The notes: generated by a model from the sequence alone, not told the origin. A DNA stretch of 63,999 bases, filler included, from Catajapyx aquilonaris (GCA_000934665.2; 3 parts of 3 records of this genome joined end to end with filler, not necessarily neighbours in it); one strand, 5' to 3'; positions 23,661 to 36,742 are shown, counted from the first letter of the whole stretch. Made by a program: numbers and translations.

Positions 23661-24262
23661 CAGGGTGTTTCATAGTCACGCACGGGTCAAGCGCGCGCGA
23701 GGGGGGTGGGAAAAAATCGTAGGTGGCGACTACCCAGCTCGGTTTTATAAAACAATTAGAAATACGGCAGTAATCAATTTATTTATTACGGCCTACGGCG
23801 TGACGACACATCCTTTCTGTATTCGAATTGACCCTCGCGGACTGGCACATGCAAGGCAAATGTTTTCGGTTGAACCTGGTTGAACGGGTTTTTAGCCTTG
23901 CGGGTTGCACTGAAAAAGGCGCTCTCATGCTACCCCGGCAGGGTACTGTACAACGTAGTGTACTACTGTACAGTGGACAGTGGTGTGTTCAGTACCCTGC
24001 CGGTGTCGCGTGAGAGCGCCTTTTTCAGTGCAACCCGCACGGCTAAAAACCCGTTCAACCAGGTTCAAACCACTGAATCTGCCAGTCCGCGCCAGTCAAT
24101 TCGAATACAGAAAGGATGTGACGTCACGCCGCACAGACGTAATAAATAAATTGATTACTGCCGTATTTCAAATTGTTTTGTAAAACCGACCGGGGTTGTC
24201 GCCACCTACGATTTTTCCCCACCCCCTCGCGCGCGCTTGACCCATGACTCTGAAACACCCTG
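23661..24262. mobile_element. Tc1/mariner-type fold-back MITE (~600 bp)
   Basis: TA|CAGGGTGTTTCA ... TGAAACACCCTG|TA, with arms pairing over roughly 270 bp with mismatches. Confidence 0.92.
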
Positions 24263-26200
24263 TATAGGACAGCAGTAAGCATGTTGCATGTGACAATGTC
24301 GCATCCAGATATATATTATTAATACAAATTAAGCAAATAGGAGAGCATTTTTCCACTATAGTCTTAGGCTTGTAGTACTCAGAGTCAGTATCATTGACAT
24401 ATTTAGCCCCGATTGGAATTCTTCCCTACTCTCCTTCTCCCAGATGTACTACTGTAGGCCTACTGTACAAACCATAGCAAAAGAGTTTCAAAACCAAAAT
24501 CTCTTCTGAGCCATTATGCATAATATGCCTACTTGACGGAGTATCACGTGTCAGTAAAATGTCACTATATGTACAGGTTCCGGATTTGCACGTGAAGACT
24601 GTGAACAGGGTGTGGGCCGCATTACTTCCTGGATGGAAAAAAGGTATGGTGATGACATGTCCGTGACTGGGCTATCAGAACCAGTGCATGCAACCGTGTT
24701 TGTCTCTCTCGTCGGATTTCTGAGTTATGTCGCCAATACAATCATATTCTGCATGAACGGTGATAATATGCAGTGATCCCTCTTTTTCTCTCACAACTTT
24801 ATTTTGATAACTGTTCACTGACCTGTATAAATGGCATGCAATATTGCGAAGCCATCGATGGCTCAAGTAGAAGCACCCTGTGATTTAGATACTGCAACAG
24901 TGGTAGGCCTAATAATATCAATGGAGAGGAAATAACATTGCGCTACGCAATCAAAAGATAGGACTGGTTGCAAAAGGCGATAATTGTTGCCTAGAAAATG
25001 AAGGGTCAAAAGTGGAGCACAGAGAGCCAATGATCAATGCGGGGGTTGAGTTGACTTTTTCAAAGTCGCTTTTAGAGAGAGCCAAGCGACATATTCTTTG
25101 GTGACCCTTTACGGATGCTCGTGTTTGGCCCTGAAAAGGGCAATGACAGGCAGTCCAGTGGAAAGAAGGGGTATTAGTCTACTGCATTCTTCATCTTCAA
25201 ATTTTCACATCTCGAGATATTTGTGAGTCTCTGTAAATGTGTAGCAGTTTTTATATTGATTATCAGCCTAAGATATCTTAATGCTAACTTAAGCTACATA
25301 AACTTATGGAATAACATAAGGTGCAATCATCGTTGCTGCGATGTCTTGAAGGGAAATAAATAACAAGTAATAGGCTACATAACATATAAGCCATTAAAGA
25401 GAAATAATTATAGCGACCTCTGTAAATCACAATCGTAGACCAGAGGAATTTGTTCCAAGATCCGCGGCACTGATGAAAATTTTCAGGCACCTATATATGA
25501 CCTGCACGACAGCAAGAAAATTGATTCTTCCCTATGATTTTTCTTATTCTACTGTCTTTTCACGTCCTGTTCTGTCCGCAGACCCCCCACCCCCTTTGCA
25601 GAGGAATTGGCTGAAGAATACGGAGGATTCATATCCTTTGCCTACTCATCCACTGCCTCTCTTTTTTCTGAAAGAGGCGAGAGGAGGAATAAGGGAGGGG
25701 AGAAAGAGGGGGAAGAGAGTTGAACGTCCTGCTCGGTTCCTTCTCTCGTCCCGAAGGAAAACCCTTGAGCTCCGTCAGTCAAAACAACGCCAGCAGCTCC
25801 GCTCCATGCAATAAGCTAACAAATTCCTCCCTTGTCGCTTTCCATTTCGCGGTGGGAGTCGACGAAGGCACTTCTACAATGCACACCATTCGTAATTCCA
25901 ACGGAGCACTCTGGTTGCAAAATGGGTGGAGAAAAAAGACGCAGCAGGGATTGAGTCAACAAAGATCGGCACAATTCGTTAGCAAAATGCGCCCACCTTC
26001 ACTATTATTAGCAAACTAAATACATCGAGTCCTCATTTTACCTAGTCAATTAGTACCAGAGGGCTAGTCGTAAGTCCGATTTCCCCGCTGTCGATAGCAA
26101 ACATGTTTACAGAATGACAGAGCATACAGGTCTTACAAAAAAAACGCATGAAAATTGTTACATGCTGGAGCGCAGGAGATACTTTCACAGCATAATAATT

Positions 26201-26886
26201 CAGGGTGTTCGAAAAAGGTGTTCCCAGTAAAGAACTAATGCAGTTCCGGAAGTATTCCATATATTTTATTCAAATTTCCCAGGAAGGTGGCACATATGAT
26301 CAAGTTTTTGTACAAAAAGTCACATCTCCACATGTCCACCCTGGCGTCGAAGACACAGCTTAAACCGTTCTTCAGCCGCTAGCCAGGAGTTAGACAGCAT
26401 TTCAGGAGTGATGGTGGAACTCACCTCCACAATCTTCTGCTTCAGCTCAGCTACACTCCGGCACTTTGAAGCATAGACTCTGTCCTTGGTGTAGCCCCAT
26501 GCAAAAAAGTCTGGAGGAGTCGGGTCCGGAGAATTTCGCGGCCACGGAATGGGTCCATCTCTGCCGCACCAGTTGTCGTTGAATGACAAATTAAGAAACT
26601 CACGTACCGGGATGGCCCAATGCGGTGGCGCTCCATCTTGCTGCAGGATGACATGCTGCAGGACCTGGAACGTAGCTGAGTTAAAGCAGAAGATTGTGGA
26701 GGTGAGTTCCACCAACACTCCTGAAATGCTGTCTAACACCTGGCTAGCGCGCCAGGGTGGAAGTGTGACTTTTTGTACAAAAACTTGGTCGTATGTGCCA
26801 CCTTCCCGGCAAATTTGAATAAAATATATGGAACCTCTCCGGAACTGCATTGGTTCTTTACTGGGAACAAATTTTCGAACACCTTG
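26201..26886 (-). mobile_element. DD41D (rosa-like) Tc1/mariner derivative made of two 3' ends
   Basis: CAGGGTGTTCGAAAA...TTTTCGAACACCTTG|TA. Minus strand encodes QQDGAPPHW...WCGRDGPIPWPRNSPDPTPPDFFAWG, with 41 residues between the second and third D. The C-terminal VAELKQKIVEVSST..PEMLSN.WLA also appears on the + strand. Confidence 0.92.
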
Positions 26887-26980
26887 TATAATTTCATTAC
26901 CGGTATAATATAATATTACTGTAACTTTTAAAGATTTTAACTTTTAAAAACTTTAAAAGATGGTAATGCTAATTAATATA

Positions 26981-27233
26981 CTAGGTGTTCCAGGTTCGTG
27001 GGTCACTTTTTGATAACTACTATCGGGTAATATCAGTTATTTTTGTAGTTTGTTGTACCCCTAACCATGTGCCCCATTCTATATCTACTGCTACATTTGA
27101 CCCATTGGGGGTTGAATATAGCAGGTGCTATAGAATGGAGCACATGGTTAGGGGCACAACAAGCTACAAAATAGTAACTGCTATCAGGCGATATCAGTTA
27201 TCAACAAGTGACCCACGAACCTGGAACACCATG
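26981..27233. mobile_element. TA-flanked fold-back MITE (~250 bp)
   Basis: GGTGTTCCAGGTTCGTGGGTCACTT...AAGTGACCCACGAACCTGGAACACC, pairing along its full length. Confidence 0.88.
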
Positions 27234-30200
27234 TATATTATACGATCGACTATGGATATGGTTATAGGGTTATGTTGCATTATCAGTAGCAGAAAATCGC
27301 GAAAAAATATAATATTATGGCCCAGCTGGATTCTATAAAAATCCACTCAAAAATTATCTTATTTCACGTGACGACTTTACCCTAAATAAGTGTGTTGCCA
27401 GGCATTATTAAACAAGGACGCCTTAGTGACTCGTTACTTCACACGATCTTACGTAATATCCGAAAGACTGGCCAGATGATCAACATTGATCAAAAGAAGC
27501 AAATTTCAAATTCTTGCATGTCCCTGGACCGACATATGCATGGACATGTGGCAAGGATGGTTTCAGCGTTATGTAATGAGTTATGTTGCCCCTACCCCTG
27601 CCCCTACCCCTGCCCCTACGCCTGCCAAATTCGATCTCCTACCTCCCTTCTTCGAGGGATTACTTACAATATGCATCTACAGTATAGATATGGTACTGGT
27701 ATGTAGGCATTATGGCAGTGTAGGTATGTTGAGCTGTTAGGTACAATATTACGACGTACTTACGACGGCCGTATATTACGACGAATGTACCAGATTCCTG
27801 TGACTTAGCCCCCTTTTTAAATTTGCGACTAAATTGGTTGTTTTTATTGATTGTAAGTTATTAAAATCCCCCCATGCTTCCCCTCCTAGTGTAATTTTTT
27901 GTGCATATTATAATTTATATGAATATTTCAAATTAAGTTCGAAGCACGTAAGTCAGGGTCCTTCAGTATTTTCTCCAGTATTCAGCATCGCGTGTAAATG
28001 TATAGTTTGGAGCCGGAAAAGGACATTCTCAACATATTTTCTACTTCAGATTACTTCTCATACAGTGAGACATCATAGCCGAGGAACCTCTGGGGCATCT
28101 TTAGAGGCTCTTTTTACAGGGGCTCACTCACAGTCAGTATTAATTTGAAGTTTGATATAATTAGATACGTATATTACGCAGTCCCCTTACAAAGTGTTGC
28201 AGGTTGTCTCAACGCTAAAGGAAATGGTATTTTGCACTTTTCAGTTGAAGCTAATAACTTCTATATAACGAGGTTCGAATACCAAATGACGTGCCTTCAT
28301 CTCATGGTGCCCACGCCCTCACACTAGCAGTTTGTTTGAAACATTGCGAAACACCATGTACATGTACTTGCTGCAGTTATGCCACATAATTGTTTTTTCA
28401 TTGTTTTCAAATACATTATTTCCTCCCATGACATTTGACAGTAAAATTCTTGTTCCTTTCCCCCATGCGAATGAAGTAAATAGTCATGAACACCGAAACA
28501 TACTGTACCGCGTTTTCCAAGGTTACTATGCCAAAAGGTAGCAGTGATACTGTTAAAATGATTTCCCAAGAATTTAATGGTAGTGTCATCATACCTACTG
28601 CCAAAATGACTTTCCGGATGGAATAGGCATTGCTTTAAATCAATTCCTGAGGGTTGATTAGAATGCATTACAATATTTGATGAAAGTCATAAAGTGACGC
28701 AATAATTATGTCTTAAAATATAATAATGGCTTTCTAAACTATCCCATGCACACAATGAAAAGTGTGCAGAGGGTTACGATTACTGGGGGTATCGATTCTC
28801 CAATCGCTTCACTGTACCGTTTCAGGCTAGCATGCAGTCCTTGGAGGGATGTCATTCCTATTTTTGGTCGACTCCGCACTTCCCAATAATTTAACCCGGA
28901 GCATGTTTCTGTGTGGACAAGGACAGTTGCTCACTTCTTCCGTAATCGCATAATTTTAAGCTGCAATATGCTTAGATAGAGCTGTTATGAATCAATAAAT
29001 ATAATTAATGAATTGCACTGAAATAATTAATGTGCTGGTGCCCAATTGCGTCCAATCTCTTGTGATGCCCCCCAATTTTTTGACACTATTTCCCCGCACT
29101 TCAGAAACCACTGAAAAAATCACGGAAAAAATTAAATGATAATTTTATAGTCCATTGCTATAGGGAACCCTATGTCTTCCACCCACGCCCCCAATAAAAT
29201 TCGGTATTATTTTGTAGTTTGTCACTTGGCCACTGCACTGGGGCCTTCATTTGTTGCCTGTAGTGATTTTTTTATTGTGATGGGTTTTTAGCAGGCGAAG
29301 TTTACAAAAATTATAGTTTGGTTCCATTCAATTATTCAGGAATCAGTTTTTCCCTAGTTATTCTCCTGCGTAGTAAAATTATGTTACATTATTGTTGAGT
29401 AGTAGCAATATTATATTAACCTGCAAATGTCCCCTGATGCTGCTGACAATGTACCTTATTGAACCTGAACATGGGTTTTTTCTTTGATTTTTTTATCCTG
29501 CGGAGAGTGAGGATGGTACCCCTATTCCAGCCTTCCTTGCTTCCTCTTGCCGGCCAATCCCCCTCCTTTTATGAGGGCAATCCTTCAGGGAACAATAGTG
29601 CAAGGCCAGCAAGTCGAAGATGCTCCAAGTGCAGATCCCCACACCGCCTTGTAAATAGCACATCGTTTCTGCAAGTCATGGAGGACCACTTGATGGCCAA
29701 ACGGGCATGAGAAGTTCTTTGACCGCCACAAAGTCTCTTCCGTCCATCCCAACACGTTTCCCTCTATCAGCTATCGCCATAACGTCAAACCACACTCACA
29801 AATCAGGACTATACACGCTTCGTTTTCAAAGGGCCTCTGCGGGCTAGGTGCAGTAGGAGACCAAAAAAAAGCCCAAAAGGTACAGGCTGCATAAAAAAGA
29901 ATGACAGCGTCGGCATGTTCCTGGTTTTTTCACCGCGTTGCTCAACCACGTTCTGTGTAATTTTAATGCGGAATGTTTGACATACCTGAATTGACATAAT
30001 GCTCTCTAATTTTGCCTAATAATGCATTATACTCTCCGCAAGTAAATTTGCGGGGGATGAATGAGACAAAAAACCACGTCAAAGAAAAATTCGATAATTA
30101 ATCTCCTTTATCTGTTCATAATTGATGAGCAAGGCATCTGTTTGCGTACCAATATCTCTCTGTATGGCAGAAGGCCAGATTATTCATGACAGCAACTGAA

Positions 30201-30299
30201 ATATACAGCAGGTCATTGATGACTACGCCTATACTGTAACAATAACATTGCTTTTTGCACACTTAAGTGATAAGTAATGCGGAAAGTATTGTCGCCCAG

Positions 30300-31077
30300 T
30301 AGTCAGGACGTTAAGGGACTAAACCGTGCATGTGGTTAAAAAAGCATGAAATTTGGTACGAATGTCCCTGAGACCATACTCTTCAAATCCAGATATGGTG
30401 CCACGGCCATTTCGTCCCCGGAGGCCCGTAATTGCGGGTTGGCTACCTTGAAGCGAGTGAAAAGTCTTTTTCTGAGCGAACTATGCTTCTCAGGCGGATA
30501 TGTGCCAAACAAAGGTTGTAGAGAAACATGTATTATACAACAAGTATAGAGTAGCCTACCTTTTCCACATAGAGTCCTTATTTTCGGAGCTACAGTGACT
30601 TGAACCCATAGTCATGGAATTAAGGGACGAAAAAAAGGGTCAACCCTGCACTTGGTGATAAAAGCATGAAATTGGGTACAAATGTCCTTCTACTCTTCAA
30701 ACTCAGATATGGCGCCACAGCCATTGCCCTGGAGGCCCGTAATTGCGGGTTGGCTTCCCTTCAGCGAGTGAAAAGCCCTTTTCAAGTCACTGTAGCTCCG
30801 AAAATACGGACCGTACGTGGAAAAGGTACTTTATACTTTTTTGTAGAACACATGTTTCTCTACAACATTTGTTGACACATATCCGCCTAAGAAGCATAAT
30901 TCGCTCAGAAAAACACTTTTCACTCGCTTCAGGGTAGCCAACCCGCCTCCGGGGCGAAAACGGGCGTGGCGCCATATCTGGATTTGAAGAGTATGGTCCC
31001 AAGGACATTTGTACCAAAGTTCATGGATTTTCACCAAATTCACGGTGACCCATTTTTCGTCCCTAACGTCATGACTA
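30300..31077. mobile_element. Long-TIR non-autonomous DNA transposon (Academ-like termini) with an extra internal terminus
   Basis: CAG|TAGTCAGGACGTTAAGGGAC ... GTCCCTAACGTCATGACTA|CAG: 3-bp TSD and ~300-bp TIRs, plus a third partial terminus at 30609-30780. The superfamily is inferred from termini only. Confidence 0.75.
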
Positions 31078-31186
31078 CAGCGAGGTCTATACGATTCACG
31101 TGCACGTCGTATAACAGTCACTTGGGACACCTGCACGAAGCTTGTGCGACTCAGTCCCACCTGTTACATGAGTATAAATTATTATA

Positions 31187-31753
31187 CAGGGTGCTCAAAA
31201 ACTCGCGGAAAGTCGCCAGGTAGCCTGATAGGACTCGCAAAACTAATATAGGGATGTGGAAGTAGTTTTGGGTTAACTTGCATAGTTTTTGCGTACGACG
31301 CCTTCAAGATTTCGGGAGTTTCATGACGTCACATCCGCCTTGAGGCCCCCATTGCGTCATCATACATGTTGTTGTGGCTGTTGCCATTGGCACTGATTAT
31401 TGTTGTGAATATTGTCAACTGTGATTGTTGAGAAATAAACAACGATTTCAATCTGGCAATTGAGGTGTCGACTGGCCACAGATACAAGCTGAAATCGTTG
31501 TTTATTTCTCAACAATCACAGTTGACAATATTCGCACCAATAATCAGTGCCAATGGCAACAGCCACAACAACATGTATGATGACGCAATGGGGGCCTCAA
31601 GGCGGATGTGACGTCATGAATCTCCCGAAATCTTGAAGGCGTCGTACGCAAAAACTGTGCAAGTTAGCCCAAAACTACTTCCGCATCCCTATATTAGTTT
31701 TGCGAGTCCTATCTGGCTACCTGGCGACTTTCCGCGAGTTTTTGAGCACCCTG
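31187..31753. mobile_element. Young Tc1/mariner-type fold-back MITE (567 bp)
   Basis: TA|CAGGGTGCTCAAAAACTCGCGG ... CCGCGAGTTTTTGAGCACCCTG|TA; arms of ~265 bp with only a few mismatches. Confidence 0.95.
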
Positions 31754-31796
31754 TATAAATTGTTTACGCCGCATAAAAGAATCTATAACTAGGAAT

Positions 31797-32022
31797 GGTT
31801 TTGAAACCAGCAGAGACCAGCAAACACCAGCATGCTGGTACCAGCAAAATATTGCTGGCTTTGCTGTCATGACTGCTGGTCTTTGCTGGTCCTTGGGATT
31901 TTACTTGATCCTTTGCTGGTCTCTGCTGGAAGTAGAGTAGCCATGAACCTTTCCTGCAGTGCCAGTTTCCAGCAGACCAGCATTGCTGGAACCAGCATAC
32001 CAGCATTGCTGGTTTCAAAACC
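31797..32022. mobile_element. Small element with inverted ends and a CCAGCA/TGCTGG repeat array
   Basis: GGTTTTGAAACCAGCA ... TGCTGGTTTCAAAACC, with more than ten CCAGCA/TGCTGG motifs in both orientations. Confidence 0.7.
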
Positions 32023-32036
32023 GGTGTCGAGGCAGA

Positions 32037-32265
32037 TGTGCAGTTGTGAAATATGCATTGCGCCATCGTTCACACCTGCACTTATTGCCTCATGTGTCGC
32101 AATATCCGCGCTTAGTTTTACGCGTAAAAAGGGCATATTGGCCACTATAAAAGGACTCGACGTTGCATCTCTCGCTGTCTCTTGGTTCTTACTCTCTGGG
32201 CCTGATTATCGGAAAACTTGAAGGTCAACTAGAAACCTGGGCTAATCACATTTAGGTTGATGACA
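32037..32265 (+). mobile_element. Partial solo LTR related to 17230-17624
   Basis: Shares CACCTGCACTTATTGC, ATTGGCCACTATAAAA, TTATCGGAAAACTT and CCTGGGCTAATCACATTTARGTTGATGACA. No PBS follows. Confidence 0.85.
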
Positions 32266-33707
32266 GTATAATAAAATGTATTAAAATACTGTCCTACAAA
32301 CAGTATTTTACGAAAGTTTGAAGTTCTGGTAAGAAATCCTAAGCGCATAAACTTGATACCAGCGGCAATGATAACTACAATGTGAACTAATGGTTGCGGG
32401 ATGCTCTGATTTTCAATTGGCTGCAGAAACTGTAAAAGTAGGTGATAAAATTTTCAGACTCTAGTAGAGTGTTACTTTCTACTGATTGAACCGCCATGAG
32501 CTCCATTAAAGAATTAATAGATCTACCTTTAAATCTTTTACGATGGACAAACGGAACGCAGGAGGAGTTCCTTTACTGAGGAATGGAGTGGAATGATAAA
32601 AAAGGGGGCATGCGTCTGTGGCGTTAGTTACTCTGCTATTTTTCCCTCCTCCTCCTCCTCCTCCTCCTCCTGCTTTTTCTCGAATTTTCCGGCAATTTTG
32701 GTAAAACGTCGGAAACAACGCATCCGCTAGAAAACTCTTAAGATCAGTCAGCCAGCCCCTCTATTAATCAATTTCGCTCCAATTTCTCCGGGGAATTTTT
32801 GCGGAGAGTGAGGGAATCATAATATTCCACCCTAAATATTTTGATATTTTAAAATACGAACGCGTTGCACTGTGAACGAGCCAAAAAAGGGAGGAAAGAT
32901 CAAATGTGTTTGGGTAAAATCATTCTGACTCATGTAATCACTAGTTATCATAATCGAAAATGAGGTAGGAAACTATGTGAACCTAACAGCTGTTGCCAAA
33001 CCCATGATTGTGGGCAATTTTTGTATTGAAGCTATCAGTGTGAGACGCTGTCACCGGTTAAAGAAGTAAGTTTGCTTTACAGCCTCCACATTCTTGAAGG
33101 GCCGGAAAGGTCGGAGTCCTCTGGACACATCTTTCCATTGTGCTGCGTTAGAGTTATAAAATTCCGCGAGTAAGACGAAAGAATGATGATGAGAAAATTC
33201 CTTATGAAGAGGGACAGGGCGGGCACAATTTAATGGCAACTTTCTGGGACAGTAACAAACATTGGACATCCTGAAACTCCTCTAATAAAAGAGAAACACT
33301 GTGACATCAGGCAGTTTTTTTAACGTTTCGTGCCACAATTATCTTTCTGACATCTCACTCTTCAATTACAGGTTTAAATTGAACATTTGTTGTACACTAG
33401 GAACAAGTGACGGAGATGCTTGTGCCGTTATAAGATTAATATTAATATTTCATCTTGTCACATACAATCGCAAATTGGAAAAAGGGGTAAGTCACAGTAT
33501 AATCAAACTTTTCAGGAAGAAACGAAATTTATCTACACCAGAACCATCTGCGTTAGAAAGGTAGAATTTACTGAGAAGACAACATAACCATCCCAAAGAT
33601 ATCTGTGAGATTTTTATTTGGGTAACTCAATTACAGGTGCAAAAGGAAAAAAGGTCTTAACTTTCTTTATATACAATTTTTTTGAATTATTCACCAGAAA
33701 ACTCATA

Positions 33708-34670
33708 TCGTATTACCTCTCATATTTCGGCACGCCGGTATAAAACGAGGTCGACCAGCATGCCGGTATAACACGGGGGTGGCCGGCATGTGGCAATAAC
33801 CGAGGTAGGTTTCCGTAATTTTGATCCTTAGCAAATTTTTTGGAATGCTTCTGGTACCATACTAAAATAATGTTACAATGAAAATGGGCGAGTGTACAGG
33901 TCGTGAGAATATGTCAGTTCTGTTGCACAGTGCATTTAAAAAATGTAGAGTGTATGACCTATTCCATCTTCAGCCTGCTTTGACAGGGGAACCCCCTGCT
34001 CTAACATACTGTTTAAATAGAGATTATTAGGGAGGTGTAGATGGCCGAGATGGTAACGTCTCGGCTTGCTGAGTGAAAGGCCCCAGGTTCGATCCCCGCC
34101 TGGGGAACTTTCCTTTCACCTGCGTCAGGAGGGTCTCTGACCTGCACCAAGGAGGTGTCTGGCAACCTAACCTCCTGGGGAACAGCACATGACCCATTTG
34201 TAGACACTATTGCACTTGCACCTATATGTTCCTTCCCCCCAAAAAATCCCTACCCTTACCCCATGTCATTTCATCCTTGCACCGGAGTTAGAAGAAAAAT
34301 AGAAAATTGAAGGAAAATGGTGGTATTCCACTCTCCTATAAGGGCCTATGGCCCTATCACGGGGTATATATAAAAATAAATATGAAAAAATAAATATAGA
34401 TTATTGCCAAACACTGCGATTGAAAACAATATAATTATGGTACGGGTACCCTATTTGGAAAACGTGCCTTTTTGATAGCCTTTACGTGAATTTCGATTTT
34501 CAGGCAAATGTCAAGTTCAGAAAGGATAATGTAACTTACGTGAAAACCTCGCCTTATACTGGCATACCTCGCCTTATACCGGCATGCCGGTATAGCCACC
34601 AGATCAAGAATTTAAAAAAACTGGTCGACCTCGCCTACACCGGCATGCCGCAATATGAGAGGTAATACGG
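33708..34670. mobile_element. Tc1/pogo-type non-autonomous element (CCGTA ends) interrupted by a SINE
   Basis: TA|TCGTATTACCTCTCATATT ... AATATGAGAGGTAATACGG|TA, with subterminal GCCGGTATA..CGAGG repeats. Confidence 0.85.
34030..34389 (+). mobile_element. tRNA-derived SINE family B, copy 1
   Basis: A box TGGCCGAGATGG, B box GGTTCGATCCC, 3' ATCACGGGGTA plus A-rich tail; TSD taaata(g/t)agattatt. Confidence 0.9.
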
Positions 34671-34845
34671 TAATGCAAACAAATATTTTGCAGCATATAC
34701 TTCACTATGCTGCATTACGTACTTTGCATTATTAATCGCCCTCTTATTCCTCTACATTCCATGCGAGAATGTCGTTGTAGAACTCGATTGGTTTTCAGGG
34801 TCGTACTGGAGTAGATGCTCTGTGATTGACACAAAACTCCATATA

Positions 34846-34976
34846 CAGGGTGACCATAAGGTCTGGACACATAGCTTAATGTAGTTTTGTACTGTTGGCT
34901 GACAATTGGTATCATGTCAACCATCAATACAATATTATTACCGATGTGTCCAGACCAGACCTTACGAGTCCCACTG
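34846..34976. mobile_element. 131-bp TA-flanked mariner-type MITE
   Basis: TA|CAGGGTGACCATAAGGTCTGGACACAT ... ATGTGTCCAGACCAGACCTTACGAGTCCCACTG|TA. Confidence 0.7.
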
Positions 34977-35087
34977 TAGTCGAACTGTTCGGCTGATTGT
35001 CACCTTTATTGTATGTTTTCATGATTGTGTCTTGGGGTAGAGAATTTTATGGTGCGAATAACTCATAATCGCCAAAATCGTGACTTA

Positions 35088-35319
35088 AGCCTGCTTCACA
35101 AATTCGGCGGATGGCTGAGCGGGCGGAAAGAGTGTGCTTGGGGCGCGGAACGTGAGCGGTGGAAATTCACAAATTCAGCGGTGGCGCTGCGCTGCGGGCC
35201 GTGGGGATCGCTCAAGTCCATCGAGTTGGACTTTGCGGGTGGCTGAGCGGGCGATTGGAGGAGCCAAGATGGCTGCCCATCCGCCCGCTCAGCCATCCGC
35301 CGAAGTTGTGAAGCAGGCT
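35088..35319. mobile_element. PIF/Harbinger-type MITE
   Basis: TTA|AGCCTGCTTCACAAATTCGGCGGATGGCTGAGCGGGCGGA ... TCCGCCCGCTCAGCCATCCGCCGAAGTTGTGAAGCAGGCT|TTA: ~40-bp TIR and 3-bp TTA TSD. Confidence 0.88.
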
Positions 35320-35945
35320 TTACCACCTTTTTCAAATTTGCGATTCATATACTTTTTTTTCCCAGAATGCTTTAGAAACCAAAGTAACTTTTCTTACCCT
35401 CCTGAATTTTTAAAATTTTTATGTTTTTAAATTCTGCTTGTCATATAGTGTTGAGAAAACATCGCCTCCGCAGGGTGAAAATACAGCCTAAAGGCGATGT
35501 TCCGAAAGCCACAACACAGCGTCCGGTCGGGAGGCGCTCGTCCCAGCTGCCCGGTCGCGGTCGCCTTTCACCGCCTCTGTAGCTGTCTCCGGTGCCACGA
35601 AGGAGAAGGGTCATCTCGCATGCTTTGAAGTCGAAGGCGATTATAATTATTAGGACAAACAAACACCATCAAACTTCTGGGTGATATATGATATGATCAA
35701 ACAAATACGAGTAGGTCTACTTGCATCTTGGATTATGAATTTGGATGGCCACAACTCTGGATTATGACAATTCCTAAGCAGGAGAAACAGGGTCAGGTGA
35801 ATAAGTTTTATCATTTTTATTTCTTTTCGAAAATATTTTCATTTTATAGCTCCGATTCTCATTATTCTTGAATCTATGTGGCTGATATATTAGAGCATAT
35901 TTATTTTAGGTTTACAAGAACTCCAACCTGCCATAGGCTACTGAT

Positions 35946-36157
35946 GGAGCAGGGTAGATTAACCAATGTGTGGCACAAGTGTTTTATCTCATCCCTAAAA
36001 ATTATTCAACTTGCCCCCTGGTTCACCTCAGCTCGTGCGATGTTTCAACTTGTGCCACACATTGATTAATCTACCCTGCTCCAAAGTTGAAACATCGCAC
36101 GAGCTAAGGTGAACCAGGGGGCAAGTTGAATAATTTCTACGGATGAGATAAAGCACT
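35946..36157. repeat. Interleaved inverted repeats (A-B-A'-B')
   Basis: A 35946-35979 pairs with A' 36049-36082; B 35978-36051 pairs with B' 36084-36157. Confidence 0.85.
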
Positions 36158-36742
36158 CAGATGAGTTAATCTATAAGTTCAATGACTAAATTTCTCTCTT
36201 AGCCAATAACAAGTCAGGCCCAAAGGCCGCGTTTGTGTTGGATTATGAGTTTTTAATACCTATACCCTAAGCCCGGGATATCCGTCCTAAAATGATCGCT
36301 AATAAAAATGTCCATGGTCCTCAGTTATGACCCCATTAAATCACCAAATATTGACTTAGTACGGAAATGTTGTGTCCTTCAGACCAGTATACTCCTGCCA
36401 TTTTGATACATGGGGACGAAAAAAACTGCTTCTCAGGTCCTCAAGAGAAGGAATTTGTAGCTATTCTGAATTGCAGTACTTTTTTAGTATTGGTTATCGT
36501 AGCCTACTGAAAATCTTTGTAAGCAGTGGTTTATCCTTATTGGACCCTCCTGTATATAAAAAAAACCTTTCGGAAAAAGTGATTAGTACAACCATAAGCA
36601 CTAAATCAAAGCGAAAGTGTCTTTTTTTCATAACCTTCACTTTTCTAGGGAGTTGGAAACACCCAGTAGGCATACTGTTTTCTCTACATTTGCCAGTGTA
36701 AATGACGTATTCATGGAGGTCTGATTTATATTCCCCCTGTTA

